DNA of 64,000 bases, from the NCBI RefSeq assembly GCF_000009045.1, contig NC_000964.3:868001-932000 (forward strand). Reading direction: 5' to 3'. The notes beneath the pieces were generated by a model. The model ran no database searches. It was not told the DNA's origin and saw only the letters and a list, made by a program, of their open reading frames with translations. Shown here one piece after another: positions 19,364-30,009 of this stretch (within the stretch, counting starts at the first letter, position 1; every line of letters begins with the position of its first letter). Origin of the DNA: Bacillus subtilis subsp. subtilis str. 168 (lineage in GTDB: Bacteria; Bacillota; Bacilli; Bacillales; Bacillaceae). A program made the position numbers and the translations under genes.

Positions 19364-20131
19364 TCATTTTGAAATGATTTGATTTACAACATCCTTATGA
19401 GCAGGGAGGATAGAAAATTCATTCTGGGTGATGCCTGTGACAAGCCAAGTATGGTGGGCCCCCGGCAGGACGAATGCCATGTCAGCCACTTCAGGAGTGT
19501 TATCTTTTCCATATGCCAGACGCATAAGTGTATCCATTTTCCCTTTCCGCAAAGCCAGATCATTTGCAAATCGGGTAACGTCCTCTTGGTGGTCATGTTT
19601 TTCAAGGAACTCTTTTAGATATGAAGGGTTGTCTGAAGCGCCCTCCAAGAGTTTTTCAAATTCATTTGATGTCAATGTTACAATCGATTCTCTTTTATCC
19701 TCTGTATCTATTATATGTAAAAACTCATCTGTCTTAGCAAGTAACCCTTCACTTGATTCCATTTTTGTAATGCGATGGACTTGTTCATCAAAAAGGAGTT
19801 CGTGAGAGTAGGTGCCGAATTTTGATACATGGCATGACACATTCTGTTCGGCACCTTGCCCGTTAAATTTAGAAAGCTTCACTGTATAGTCAGCGTCGTT
19901 TAATACATGGATAAACGGACAGTACTCGTCCTTTAACCGATATTGATGGTTCCGATATTCCGCTGCATCCTTGGCTAAGAGTGAGCGGCACGCGGCTTCA
20001 AATAAGGCGCCGAGCTGTTCATCTTCTATTTCCGGAAAATAGGCCTGCTTCAAGGCCATTCCCTGTTCAAAAAACCCTTCGCTGTAAAAGCAAAACAAGA
20101 GTTCTTCTATGCTAATTGTAAACTGCTTCAT
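19364..20131 (-). CDS. yfjC: Soluble acidic hypothetical protein in a WXG100 locus
   Basis: 255 aa, RBS GGAGAG, co-oriented with yfjB and yfjD with short spacers. Confidence 0.85.
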   Translation of the reverse strand: MKQFTISIEELLFCFYSEGFFEQGMALKQAYFPEIEDEQLGALFEAACRSLLAKDAAEYRNHQYRLKDEYCPFIHVLNDADYTVKLSKFNGQGAEQNVSCHVSKFGTYSHELLFDEQVHRITKMESSEGLLAKTDEFLHIIDTEDKRESIVTLTSNEFEKLLEGASDNPSYLKEFLEKHDHQEDVTRFANDLALRKGKMDTLMRLAYGKDNTPEVADMAFVLPGAHHTWLVTGITQNEFSILPAHKDVVNQIISK

Positions 20132-20142
20132 TGTTTATTCTC

Positions 20143-21366
20143 CTATCCAAATGAAAATTTCCCTTTAAGGAAATGGGTTGCGCCGTGTATAAGCGAATCC
20201 GCTGTTTTCTTTGCTTTTTCCATTCCTTTTTTCGCGCTGTCTATCCCTTTATGTATCGATTTATTCGCCGCATCTATGCCGTCATTCACTGATTTGACGA
20301 CTTTGCCGGCTGATTCCAGCCCTTTTTTGGCTGTATCAACAACAGCATGGATCGGTTCTTTCAGCTTTAAGGCTGCTTTTTCAGCAAAACCGGCTGTATA
20401 TTTGGCGATTTGTTCTCCGACGACTCCGCCAATGTATGAACCTGCTGCCCCAAGAAGGACAGTACCCACAGGTCCTGCAAAGCTTCCGATTGCACCGCCG
20501 ATGACAGCACCAGCTGTGGCACCGCCGGCAACAAAAATCGTATTATTCACAGCATTCCCGACGGCCTTGGCGTTTTCACGCTTGAGAACTTCCGGTTTAT
20601 CCTGGTATTTTGCATAATTTTCAGCAATTTTCACGCCTGCTCCGAATGTTTCGGTCGCTCCGGTAATCAGTGTGGCGGTAATGGCATTTCCTTTCGCGAA
20701 TCTCAAGCCCGTTTTTCCCACATCCTTCAAAGTGGAGCGTACGCCGGCTTCATTAAGAAATCCTTTTGTGTAGCTTCTGACGCTGTTTGAAAAATCCACC
20801 GTGTCCTGAGGAAAGTATTTTGTAAACTTTTTATGTACCAAATCTGAAAATGGACGGTTTGTCTTTTTCAACAAATATTTAGGATTCAAAAGCACTCTTG
20901 CCGCTTTTTGATAACGTGAGCTGTCAACGGCCCTGGAAATATCCAAGAGCAGTTTTGAGTGCTGGGCTGTATGCAAGCCGCTTGGTTGTTTCACAAATTT
21001 CGTAAGCCCTAATCCGTAATATTTTCCCTGCGTCAGCATAAGAGCGGTTAAGCTTGTCATCGTACCGTATTTGTCGTAGGCATTGTAGAGCTTTCGCAAA
21101 ATATCATCTTGTTCCACAAATTTATCGCCTGTTTTTCTGATGAAAATCTCATTGTCACTCAGCTTAGTGACGAGCGCCTTTCCTGAGCTCCACGCATCGC
21201 CCACTCCAGAAAAACAGCTGCTGTAGCGGGGATCGCATTGCAAAATCATCTGCCCCAGCTCCACATGCAGGTCCTTATATTTGTTTTCCATATCAGTTAA
21301 TTCAGTGACTACATCATTTGCAAGCTGTTCGAGCTTATCCGGATCAACTGCAATGTTTCCTGACAC
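20143..21366 (-). CDS. yfjB: WXG100/LXG-like N-terminus plus glycine-zipper C-terminal region; candidate T7SSb effector
   Basis: GTG at 21366 after GGAGGT; IAVDPDKLEQLA start, DAWSSG, Gly/Ala hydrophobic hairpin AGGATAGAVIGGAIGSFAGPVGTVLLGAAGSYIGGVVG. Confidence 0.8.
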   Translation of the reverse strand: MSGNIAVDPDKLEQLANDVVTELTDMENKYKDLHVELGQMILQCDPRYSSCFSGVGDAWSSGKALVTKLSDNEIFIRKTGDKFVEQDDILRKLYNAYDKYGTMTSLTALMLTQGKYYGLGLTKFVKQPSGLHTAQHSKLLLDISRAVDSSRYQKAARVLLNPKYLLKKTNRPFSDLVHKKFTKYFPQDTVDFSNSVRSYTKGFLNEAGVRSTLKDVGKTGLRFAKGNAITATLITGATETFGAGVKIAENYAKYQDKPEVLKRENAKAVGNAVNNTIFVAGGATAGAVIGGAIGSFAGPVGTVLLGAAGSYIGGVVGEQIAKYTAGFAEKAALKLKEPIHAVVDTAKKGLESAGKVVKSVNDGIDAANKSIHKGIDSAKKGMEKAKKTADSLIHGATHFLKGKFSFG

Positions 21367-21371
21367 ACCGT

Positions 21372-21686
21372 TCACCTCCCGAGTTTATGTCTTTCCTCTC
21401 TTGCTTTACGCTCCAGTTCTTCCATTCTGGCAATTTCAGCTTTTCGTTCTTCTATTTTGACAGCGGCAGCCTTCAGCTCTTGGCTTGTTTCAAGCAGCTC
21501 CTGTTCGAATTGATCGTAGGCGGCTTTCGTTTCCTCGAAATCCTGGTCAAACGAATCTCTTGCTTTGCCCTGCCAAGCATCTCCCAATGCAGATAACCGG
21601 GATTCAAGCAGCATTTTGGAGCTTCTGACCTCTTCTGCGGCCGCACTATACTTGTTTGCCAGCTCAATGACTTTATATGAGTCCAA
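21372..21686 (-). CDS. yfjA: WXG100-family protein
   Basis: 104 aa from TTG at 21686 (RBS AGGGG); central W-Q-G motif (DAWQGKA) between two helical halves. Confidence 0.88.
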   Translation of the reverse strand: MDSYKVIELANKYSAAAEEVRSSKMLLESRLSALGDAWQGKARDSFDQDFEETKAAYDQFEQELLETSQELKAAAVKIEERKAEIARMEELERKAREERHKLGR

Positions 21687-21940
21687 CTTTTGTCCCCTGC
21701 CTTTTCTAAATTCACGCACAATTGGATGTTTTATATAAATGATTATAAATAATTCGGCATGTATCCGAATCGTACAAAAGAACCTTTTCATAAGAATTGG
21801 AAGGGCGTATATTCACTTAAAATTCACAGTTGGTGAGACTTTAAGATTACAAAAAAGGTAAAAAAACCAAATCTCTCAGACATAAGGCAAATGAGAAATT
21901 TCCCGCTCTATGGGAAAAAACACTAAAGTTGATCAAATGA

Positions 21941-23371
<1,431 letters not shown>

Positions 23372-23435
23372 ATGAAATTCCCCCATTTTCGAATCTGTAA
23401 TTGTATATAATAGAAAGAAAATGGGGGGATCTGAT

Positions 23436-24200
23436 ATGCAGCTCGAAGAACTGATCAATCAGCACTACAGCAAATTGAATGACAACGATTTTCATATTTT
23501 AAAATATATATTGAATCATAAGCACACATGCTATCACCTTGGAATCGACGCGCTGGCCAAAGCTTGCAGTGTATCGCGTTCCTCAATTTTACGGCTTGCC
23601 CAAAAGCTCGGTTTCAGCGGTTACAGTGAATTTCGCGTCTTTTTAAAGTGGGAAGATCAGCCGGAAGAAGGCGAGAGTATGAGTTTTGAAAAGCTGCTTG
23701 ATGATATTGAAGCAAATTTGAAGTTTTTACGGACAAAGGACATGACGGACATGTGCCAGCTGATTGATGCAGCTGACCGCATTTTCGTCTACGGTTCTGG
23801 AAATGCGCAAAAGATATGCGCCCGCGACCTGCAAAGAATGTTTATTCCGCGCCATCGCTATCTTATTTTGATTGAAGACACAAATGAATTTAATTTGATG
23901 CGCGATGATTTTAAAGTGAACGATCTGTTTATCATCATTTCTCTTTCCGGAGAAACACCGGAGCTGATTCCTCAGGCAAGAATGCTTTCTGCAAAGGGTA
24001 TTCCCTTTATTTCCATTACGAATTTAAAAAACAATGTCCTCGCCCAGCTGACTCCGCATAATCTTTATGCGACAAGCAAACCTGTGACATTAAGCGATAG
24101 AACGGAAATTGTCGCTTTTGCACCGTTTTTTCTCGTTGGCGAAGCATTGTTCCGCGCATATGTTGATTACAAAGAGGCAGAAAAAAATGACAATGAGTAG
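23436..24200 (+). CDS. malR: RpiR-family regulator of the mal operon
   Basis: HTH (SVSRSSILRLAQKLGFSGYSEF) plus SIS domain. Confidence 0.93.
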   Translation: MQLEELINQHYSKLNDNDFHILKYILNHKHTCYHLGIDALAKACSVSRSSILRLAQKLGFSGYSEFRVFLKWEDQPEEGESMSFEKLLDDIEANLKFLRTKDMTDMCQLIDAADRIFVYGSGNAQKICARDLQRMFIPRHRYLILIEDTNEFNLMRDDFKVNDLFIIISLSGETPELIPQARMLSAKGIPFISITNLKNNVLAQLTPHNLYATSKPVTLSDRTEIVAFAPFFLVGEALFRAYVDYKEAEKNDNE

Positions 24201-24214
24201 CAGGGGGTTCTGGT

Positions 24215-25798
24215 ATGATGCAAAAAATTCAGCGCTTTGGAAGCGCGATGTTTGTGCCTGTTTTATTATTCGCGTTCGCCGGCATTATCGTCGGTATCAG
24301 CACGCTCTTTAAAAATAAAACCCTCATGGGACCGCTCGCCGATCCTGACGGTTTTTGGTATCAGTGCTGGTATATCATTGAGCAGGGCGGCTGGACTGTT
24401 TTTAACCAAATGCCGCTCTTATTCGCCATTGGCATCCCGGTTGCTTTGGCGAAGAAAGCTCAGGCACGCGCCTGTTTGGAAGCGCTTACTGTCTACCTGA
24501 CATTCAACTATTTTGTCAGCGCGATATTGACGGTATGGGGAGGAGCATTTGGCGTCGACATGAATCAAGAGGTCGGCGGAACGAGCGGGTTAACGATGAT
24601 TGCGGGCATAAAAACGCTCGATACCAACATCATCGGAGCCATCTTTATTTCTTCGATTGTCGTCTTTTTGCATAATCGCTATTTTGATAAAAAACTGCCC
24701 GATTTTCTCGGCATCTTTCAAGGCTCAACATATATCGTGATGATTTCCTTCTTTATTATGATCCCAATTGCGTTGGCTGTGTCTTATATTTGGCCGATGG
24801 TTCAATCGGGAATCGGCTCGCTTCAAAGCTTCCTGGTTGCTTCTGGGGCGGTGGGCGTTTGGATATACACGTTTTTGGAACGGATTTTAATTCCGACCGG
24901 CCTTCATCACTTTATTTACACGCCGTTTATTTATGGCCCGGCTGTAGCGGAAGGCGGGATCGTCACGTATTGGGCACAGCATCTCGGCGAATATTCGCAA
25001 AGCGCCAAACCGCTGAAGGAGCTCTTTCCGCAAGGCGGATTCGCGCTTCACGGCAACTCGAAAATCTTCGGTATTCCGGGTATCGCCCTGGCTTTTTATG
25101 TGACAGCCAAAAAGGAAAAGAAAAAACTCGTCGCAGGGCTGCTGATTCCTGTCACACTGACAGCGATTGTCGCCGGTATTACAGAGCCGATTGAGTTTAC
25201 GTTCTTATTCATTTCACCTTTCTTATTTGCGGTTCACGCCGTGCTTGCCGCCACAATGTCGACAGTTATGTATATGGCCGGCGTCGTCGGAAATATGGGA
25301 GGCGGACTGATTGAGGCGGTAACCTTGAACTGGATTCCGCTCTTTGGCAGCCACGGTATGACATATGTGTATCAAATTTTGATCGGGCTCTCGTTTACAG
25401 CAATTTATTTTTTCGTCTTCAGATTTTTAATCCTCAAATTCAATATCGCTACACCAGGACGGGAAAAGGATGAACAGCAGGAAACAAAGCTATATTCGAA
25501 AAAGGAATACAGAGAACGAAAAAACAAGGATGAAACGGCCTCCGCTGCTGAAACGGCTGATGACACCGCTTTTCTGTATATTGAAGCGCTGGGCGGAAAA
25601 GACAACATCACTGAAGTCACAAACTGCGCCACCCGCCTCAGAGTCAGTGTCAAGGATGAAACAAAGGTTGAACCCGACAGCGTATTCCGCGCGCTTGGCG
25701 CACACGGCGTTGTCAGGAACGGGAAGGCGTTTCAGGTAATTATCGGATTAAGCGTGCCGCAGATGCGGGAGCGTGTGGAAAAAATATTGAATCAATAA
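24215..25798 (+). CDS. malP: PTS maltose-specific EIICB
   Basis: GITEPIEF in EIIC; EIIB NCATRLR. Confidence 0.96.
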   Translation: MMQKIQRFGSAMFVPVLLFAFAGIIVGISTLFKNKTLMGPLADPDGFWYQCWYIIEQGGWTVFNQMPLLFAIGIPVALAKKAQARACLEALTVYLTFNYFVSAILTVWGGAFGVDMNQEVGGTSGLTMIAGIKTLDTNIIGAIFISSIVVFLHNRYFDKKLPDFLGIFQGSTYIVMISFFIMIPIALAVSYIWPMVQSGIGSLQSFLVASGAVGVWIYTFLERILIPTGLHHFIYTPFIYGPAVAEGGIVTYWAQHLGEYSQSAKPLKELFPQGGFALHGNSKIFGIPGIALAFYVTAKKEKKKLVAGLLIPVTLTAIVAGITEPIEFTFLFISPFLFAVHAVLAATMSTVMYMAGVVGNMGGGLIEAVTLNWIPLFGSHGMTYVYQILIGLSFTAIYFFVFRFLILKFNIATPGREKDEQQETKLYSKKEYRERKNKDETASAAETADDTAFLYIEALGGKDNITEVTNCATRLRVSVKDETKVEPDSVFRALGAHGVVRNGKAFQVIIGLSVPQMRERVEKILNQ

Positions 25799-25804
25799 AG
25801 ACTG

Positions 25805-25826
25805 CCCTCCTTTTCGGGAGGGTTTT
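25805..25826 (+). terminator. Terminator after malP
   Basis: CCCTCC/GGAGGG stem plus TTTT. Confidence 0.7.
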
Positions 25827-25903
25827 CGTTTGCCGTCAAAAAGACCGCCATAGTAAAGTAAAGAAAGAGACAATCGAGTAAAAAGGGGTTTGGAGGCTTT
25901 TAC

Positions 25904-27625
25904 ATGCAAAAGGCTTTGTCGTTTTTAAAACCATATTCATTGCTGGCGGGAATTGCTCTGATTCTTATGCTGACGGAGCTTGCAGTTGAACTGATGCAGC
26001 CTTTATTGATTGCAAAAATCATCGACGATGGGATATTGAAGCAAGATCTGCGGCATGTATGGATATGGGGCACGGTCATGATCGGGCTGACCGTGTTATC
26101 CTTTGCGGCGGGGATGCTGAATTCCTTTTATGCCGCCCATGTCAGCCAAAGCTTTTCCTATGATACGAGAAAAGGGCTTTTTCAAAAAATCCAGTCCTTC
26201 TCCTATTCCACATTTGGACAGTTTTCGTCCTCTTCTTATATTACAAGGCTGACAAACGACGTCACACAGGTTCAAAATATGATTTTTATGAGTTTGCGGT
26301 TTATGCTGCGGGCTCCCTTAATGATTGCAGGCGGCATTGTGCTGTCGCTTGCCGTTAATGTGAAACTCGGGTTTTTTCTGCTTGTGACCATTCCGATCCT
26401 GATCTTGTTTTTGCTATGGGTATTAAGGAAAGGCGGGGCACTGTTCCGCTCAGTGCAGAAAAGGCTGGATCAAGTGAACACCATCATGCAGGAAAATTTA
26501 ATTGCAATCAAGCTGATCAAAGCGCTGCTTCGCGGCAGCCACGAAGTCAAACGATTTATCAAAGCCAACACAAGGCTGATGGAAAAAACGGTTTCGGCCT
26601 TTCAGCTTGTGGAATTCACGATGCCTGTACTGATGCTGCTGATGAATCTCTGCATCCTTTTGATTTTGTGGGCGGGGTCCTACAGTATTACGAGCGGAAG
26701 CACTCAGGTTGGCGATGTTGTTGCGATAATTAACTACGCAACACGAATTACAGGCGCGCTTTCGATGTTTCCGTTTTTGATTATGATTTTCACCCGGGCG
26801 AAGGCTTCAGGGGATAGAATCGGTGAGGTGCTTGAAACAGAAGGCGACGAGCGGGAGGAAGGCACCATATCTGATCGTTTGTCAGGACGGATTGAGTTTC
26901 AGCATGTATCCTTTCGCTATCCTGAAATGGACAGAGAAGCGCTCAGGAATGTCTCATTTTCCGCAAAGCCAAGAGAAACGATCGCGATTCTCGGTGCGAC
27001 GGGCTCGGGCAAGTCCACGCTTTTTCAGCTCATTCCGCGGCTTTATCAGCCGGATTCAGGCCGCATTTACATAGATGAAAAGCCGGTTCAAGATATTCCG
27101 GCTGAAGGGCTGCGCAGGCAAATTGGATATGTACCGCAGGAAGTCCTCTTGTTTTCCGGCACAATCAAAGAAAACATCGCTTGGGGCAAAGAAAATGCTT
27201 CACTAGATGAAATAATGGATGCGGCAAAACTTGCGCAAATTCATGAAACGATTTTAAAGCTCCCAAATGGATATGACACTGTTTTGGGGCAAAGAGGCGT
27301 CAACCTGTCCGGCGGCCAAAAGCAGCGGATTTCCATTGCGCGGGCGCTGATTCGAAAACCGGCTATCCTTCTATTAGATGACAGCACAAGCGCGCTTGAT
27401 CTGCAAACGGAGGCGAAGCTGCTTGAAGCAATCAGCACATACCATTGCACAACTTTGATCATTACACAAAAAATAACCACGGCGATGAAAGCTGATCAGA
27501 TTTTGCTGCTTGAGGACGGCGAACTGATTGAAAAAGGCACTCACAGTGAGCTGCTTTCTGAATCTCAGTTATACAAGCGCATTTACGAGTCACAATTCGG
27601 AAGGGAGGGGAGCGAGTCATGCTAA
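25904..27625 (+). CDS. yfiB: Heterodimeric ABC exporter subunit (TMD-NBD)
   Basis: GATGSGKS, LSGGQKQ, non-canonical Walker B LLLDD and Gln in place of the switch His. Confidence 0.92.
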   Translation: MQKALSFLKPYSLLAGIALILMLTELAVELMQPLLIAKIIDDGILKQDLRHVWIWGTVMIGLTVLSFAAGMLNSFYAAHVSQSFSYDTRKGLFQKIQSFSYSTFGQFSSSSYITRLTNDVTQVQNMIFMSLRFMLRAPLMIAGGIVLSLAVNVKLGFFLLVTIPILILFLLWVLRKGGALFRSVQKRLDQVNTIMQENLIAIKLIKALLRGSHEVKRFIKANTRLMEKTVSAFQLVEFTMPVLMLLMNLCILLILWAGSYSITSGSTQVGDVVAIINYATRITGALSMFPFLIMIFTRAKASGDRIGEVLETEGDEREEGTISDRLSGRIEFQHVSFRYPEMDREALRNVSFSAKPRETIAILGATGSGKSTLFQLIPRLYQPDSGRIYIDEKPVQDIPAEGLRRQIGYVPQEVLLFSGTIKENIAWGKENASLDEIMDAAKLAQIHETILKLPNGYDTVLGQRGVNLSGGQKQRISIARALIRKPAILLLDDSTSALDLQTEAKLLEAISTYHCTTLIITQKITTAMKADQILLLEDGELIEKGTHSELLSESQLYKRIYESQFGREGSESC

Positions 27626-29433
27626 AAGACATCCGCAAGCCTTTCCAATATCCCAAACTGCCAATTGACAAAAAAGAAGGCGCGAAAAAGCGGGCGAAAG
27701 CAAAGGATACAAAGGGCACACTGAGACGAATCTGGTCTTACTTGGCTGAAAGAAAAGGACTGCTCATACTTGTCATGCTAATGGTTGTCATCAGCGCCAT
27801 ATTCGGACTCCTTGGTCCCTTTGTGATCGGAAAGGCCATCGACCATTTTATCGTCGGGAAAACGGTCAGCGGCTTGATTCCTGTTTTGCTTCTTCTGCTC
27901 GCTATCTATATCATTCAGTCCCTGTCGCTTTGGTTTCAAAACTATTGGATGATTACGATCTCGCAGGGCACGGTTTTCAGAATGAGAAGCGAATTGTTCA
28001 CCCATCTGCATGAGCTGCCGATTCCATTTTTTGATAAACAGCGGCACGGCGAGCTGATGAGCCGGGTGACGAATGACATCGAAAATGTCAGTTCTACCTT
28101 AAACACGTCAGTCATTCAAATTTTGTCAAGTGTGATCACCTTTGTCGGGACGATTGCGGTGATGCTGTACATGAGCCCGCTCCTTACTTTGATTACGCTG
28201 ACCATTATTCCGGTGATGGCAGCGAGCCTGAAATGGATCACCAACCGAACGGGAAAGCTGTTTAAAGAACAGCAGAAAAACCTTGGTGATCTGAATGGGT
28301 ATATTGAGGAATCTGTTTCAGGCGCAAAGGTCATCAAAGCATATTCACGTGAGAAGCAGATTACTGCTGAATTCCTCGAAAAAAACGCTGCACTCAAGAC
28401 GTCGGGCTTTTGGGCGCAGACGATTTCCGGGTTTATTCCGAAGGTCATGAACTCTTTGAATAACTTAAGCTTTACAATGATTGCGGCAATCGGCGGTTTG
28501 TTTGCGCTGAAAGGCTGGATCTCGATCGGCTCCATCGTTGTCTTTGCCGAGTATTCAAGACAATTTACACGCCCTTTAAACGATCTGGCCAACCAGTTTA
28601 ATACGATGCTGTCCGCAATCGCCGGCGCTGAACGGGTGTTTGACGTGCTTGATGAAAAAGAAGAGCGCGAGGATGAAAAGAACGCCGTGCATCAGCCCAT
28701 CCAAACAGGCAGCATTGAATTCCGGGATGTGTCCTTCGGTTACGATAAAGGGCAGCAGACACTGAAGCATTTACAGTTTACCGTGCCTGCGGGGCAGTCC
28801 ATCGCGTTTGTAGGACCGACGGGGGCGGGGAAGACAACCGTCACTAACCTTCTCGCCCGTTTTTACGAGCCTAACGATGGAAAAATTTTAATCGATGGTA
28901 CAGATATTAAAACCCTTACTAGAGCAAGCCTAAGAAAAAACATGGGGTTTGTTCTTCAGGATTCTTTCTTATTTCAGGGAACGATCAGAGAAAACATTCG
29001 CTACGGCAGGCTTGATGCTTCTGATCAGGAAGTCGAAGCCGCTGCAAAAACAGCGAATGCCCATAGTTTTATTGAAAGGCTGCCAAAAGGGTATGACACC
29101 GTACTGACGCAAAACGGTTCGGGCATCAGTCAAGGGCAGAAGCAGTTGATTTCTATAGCGAGGGCGGTGCTTGCCGATCCGGTTCTTCTCATTTTGGATG
29201 AAGCGACAAGCAACATTGATACCGTTACAGAAGTCAACATTCAAGAAGCGCTCGCCCGTTTAATGGAAGGAAGAACAAGCGTCATCATTGCCCACAGGCT
29301 GAACACCATTCAAAGAGCGGACCAGATTGTGGTGCTAAAAAACGGTGAAATGATTGAAAAAGGCAGCCATGACGAGCTGATTCGGCAAAAAGGATTTTAC
29401 AGTGACTTATATGAAAGCCAATTTGAGAAATAG
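27619..29433 (+). CDS. yfiC: Heterodimeric ABC exporter subunit (TMD-NBD)
   Basis: GPTGAGKT, ISQGQKQ, ILDE, AHRL; overlaps the yfiB stop. Confidence 0.92.
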   Translation: MLKDIRKPFQYPKLPIDKKEGAKKRAKAKDTKGTLRRIWSYLAERKGLLILVMLMVVISAIFGLLGPFVIGKAIDHFIVGKTVSGLIPVLLLLLAIYIIQSLSLWFQNYWMITISQGTVFRMRSELFTHLHELPIPFFDKQRHGELMSRVTNDIENVSSTLNTSVIQILSSVITFVGTIAVMLYMSPLLTLITLTIIPVMAASLKWITNRTGKLFKEQQKNLGDLNGYIEESVSGAKVIKAYSREKQITAEFLEKNAALKTSGFWAQTISGFIPKVMNSLNNLSFTMIAAIGGLFALKGWISIGSIVVFAEYSRQFTRPLNDLANQFNTMLSAIAGAERVFDVLDEKEEREDEKNAVHQPIQTGSIEFRDVSFGYDKGQQTLKHLQFTVPAGQSIAFVGPTGAGKTTVTNLLARFYEPNDGKILIDGTDIKTLTRASLRKNMGFVLQDSFLFQGTIRENIRYGRLDASDQEVEAAAKTANAHSFIERLPKGYDTVLTQNGSGISQGQKQLISIARAVLADPVLLILDEATSNIDTVTEVNIQEALARLMEGRTSVIIAHRLNTIQRADQIVVLKNGEMIEKGSHDELIRQKGFYSDLYESQFEK

Positions 29434-29462
29434 ACCTTTGTCCTGCACAGAGGTCTTTTTTT
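29432..29462 (+). terminator. Terminator after yfiC
   Basis: AGACCTTTG/CAGAGGTCT stem plus T tract. Confidence 0.8.
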
Positions 29463-29515
29463 GTTACAGTTTTATAGTACTTTTATTTCATTTTCGTAAA
29501 ATGTAACAAAATTAC

Positions 29516-29576
29516 TTGACGTAAACAAGTTATGTATATATACTAGCTTACATTAAGTAAGTGATAACATTTATCA
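29516..29576 (+). promoter_or_regulatory. catDE SigA promoter with a CatR/YodB-type inverted repeat and a Fur box
   Basis: TTGACG(29516)-N17-TATACT(29539); CTTAC-ATTAA-GTAAG (29547-61); TGATAAC-A-TTTATCA (29562-76). Confidence 0.75.
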
Positions 29577-29587
29577 AGGAGGATAAA

Positions 29588-29992
29588 ATGAATAAATCAT
29601 TTGAAATTGGCACATTACTTTTAAGAGTTATTACAGGTATTATCTTTTTTGTTCACGGTTTATCAAAGTTTCAGGGAATGGAGGGCACCATCCAATTTTT
29701 CGGCAGCATAGGCCTTCCAAGCTTTATGGCGTATGTCATCGCAGCGATTGAACTGATTGGCGGAGTGCTTGTCTTCTTCGGATTGGCTACACGTATTGTC
29801 GGTGTACTGTTCGCTCTTACACTGATCGGCGCCATCATCACTGTTAAGCTGAAAGCGCCATTCATGGGCAATGCAGAATTTGATTACCTTCTGCTTTTGA
29901 CATCCATTCACCTGGCGCTTACTGGAAGTCGATTCCTGGCGCTGGACCCATTTGTGTTTAAAGGAAAAAAGAACGGAAACGTTTCAGCATAA
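29588..29992 (+). CDS. catD: DoxX-family membrane protein
   Basis: 134 aa; LLLRVITGIIFFVHGLSK, ELIGG, GSRFLALD. Confidence 0.9.
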   Translation: MNKSFEIGTLLLRVITGIIFFVHGLSKFQGMEGTIQFFGSIGLPSFMAYVIAAIELIGGVLVFFGLATRIVGVLFALTLIGAIITVKLKAPFMGNAEFDYLLLLTSIHLALTGSRFLALDPFVFKGKKNGNVSA

Positions 29993-30009
29993 GAAAAGAG
30001 GCATGCAGC

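Noticed and set aside
21687-21791. N-terminal extension of yfjA in the ORF track (139 aa)
   Set aside because: The RBS and WXG100 size support a TTG start at 21686 (104 aa)
24215-25798. PTS transporter lacking an EIIA domain
   Set aside because: Normal for EIICB-type MalP, which borrows an EIIA encoded elsewhere; not novel
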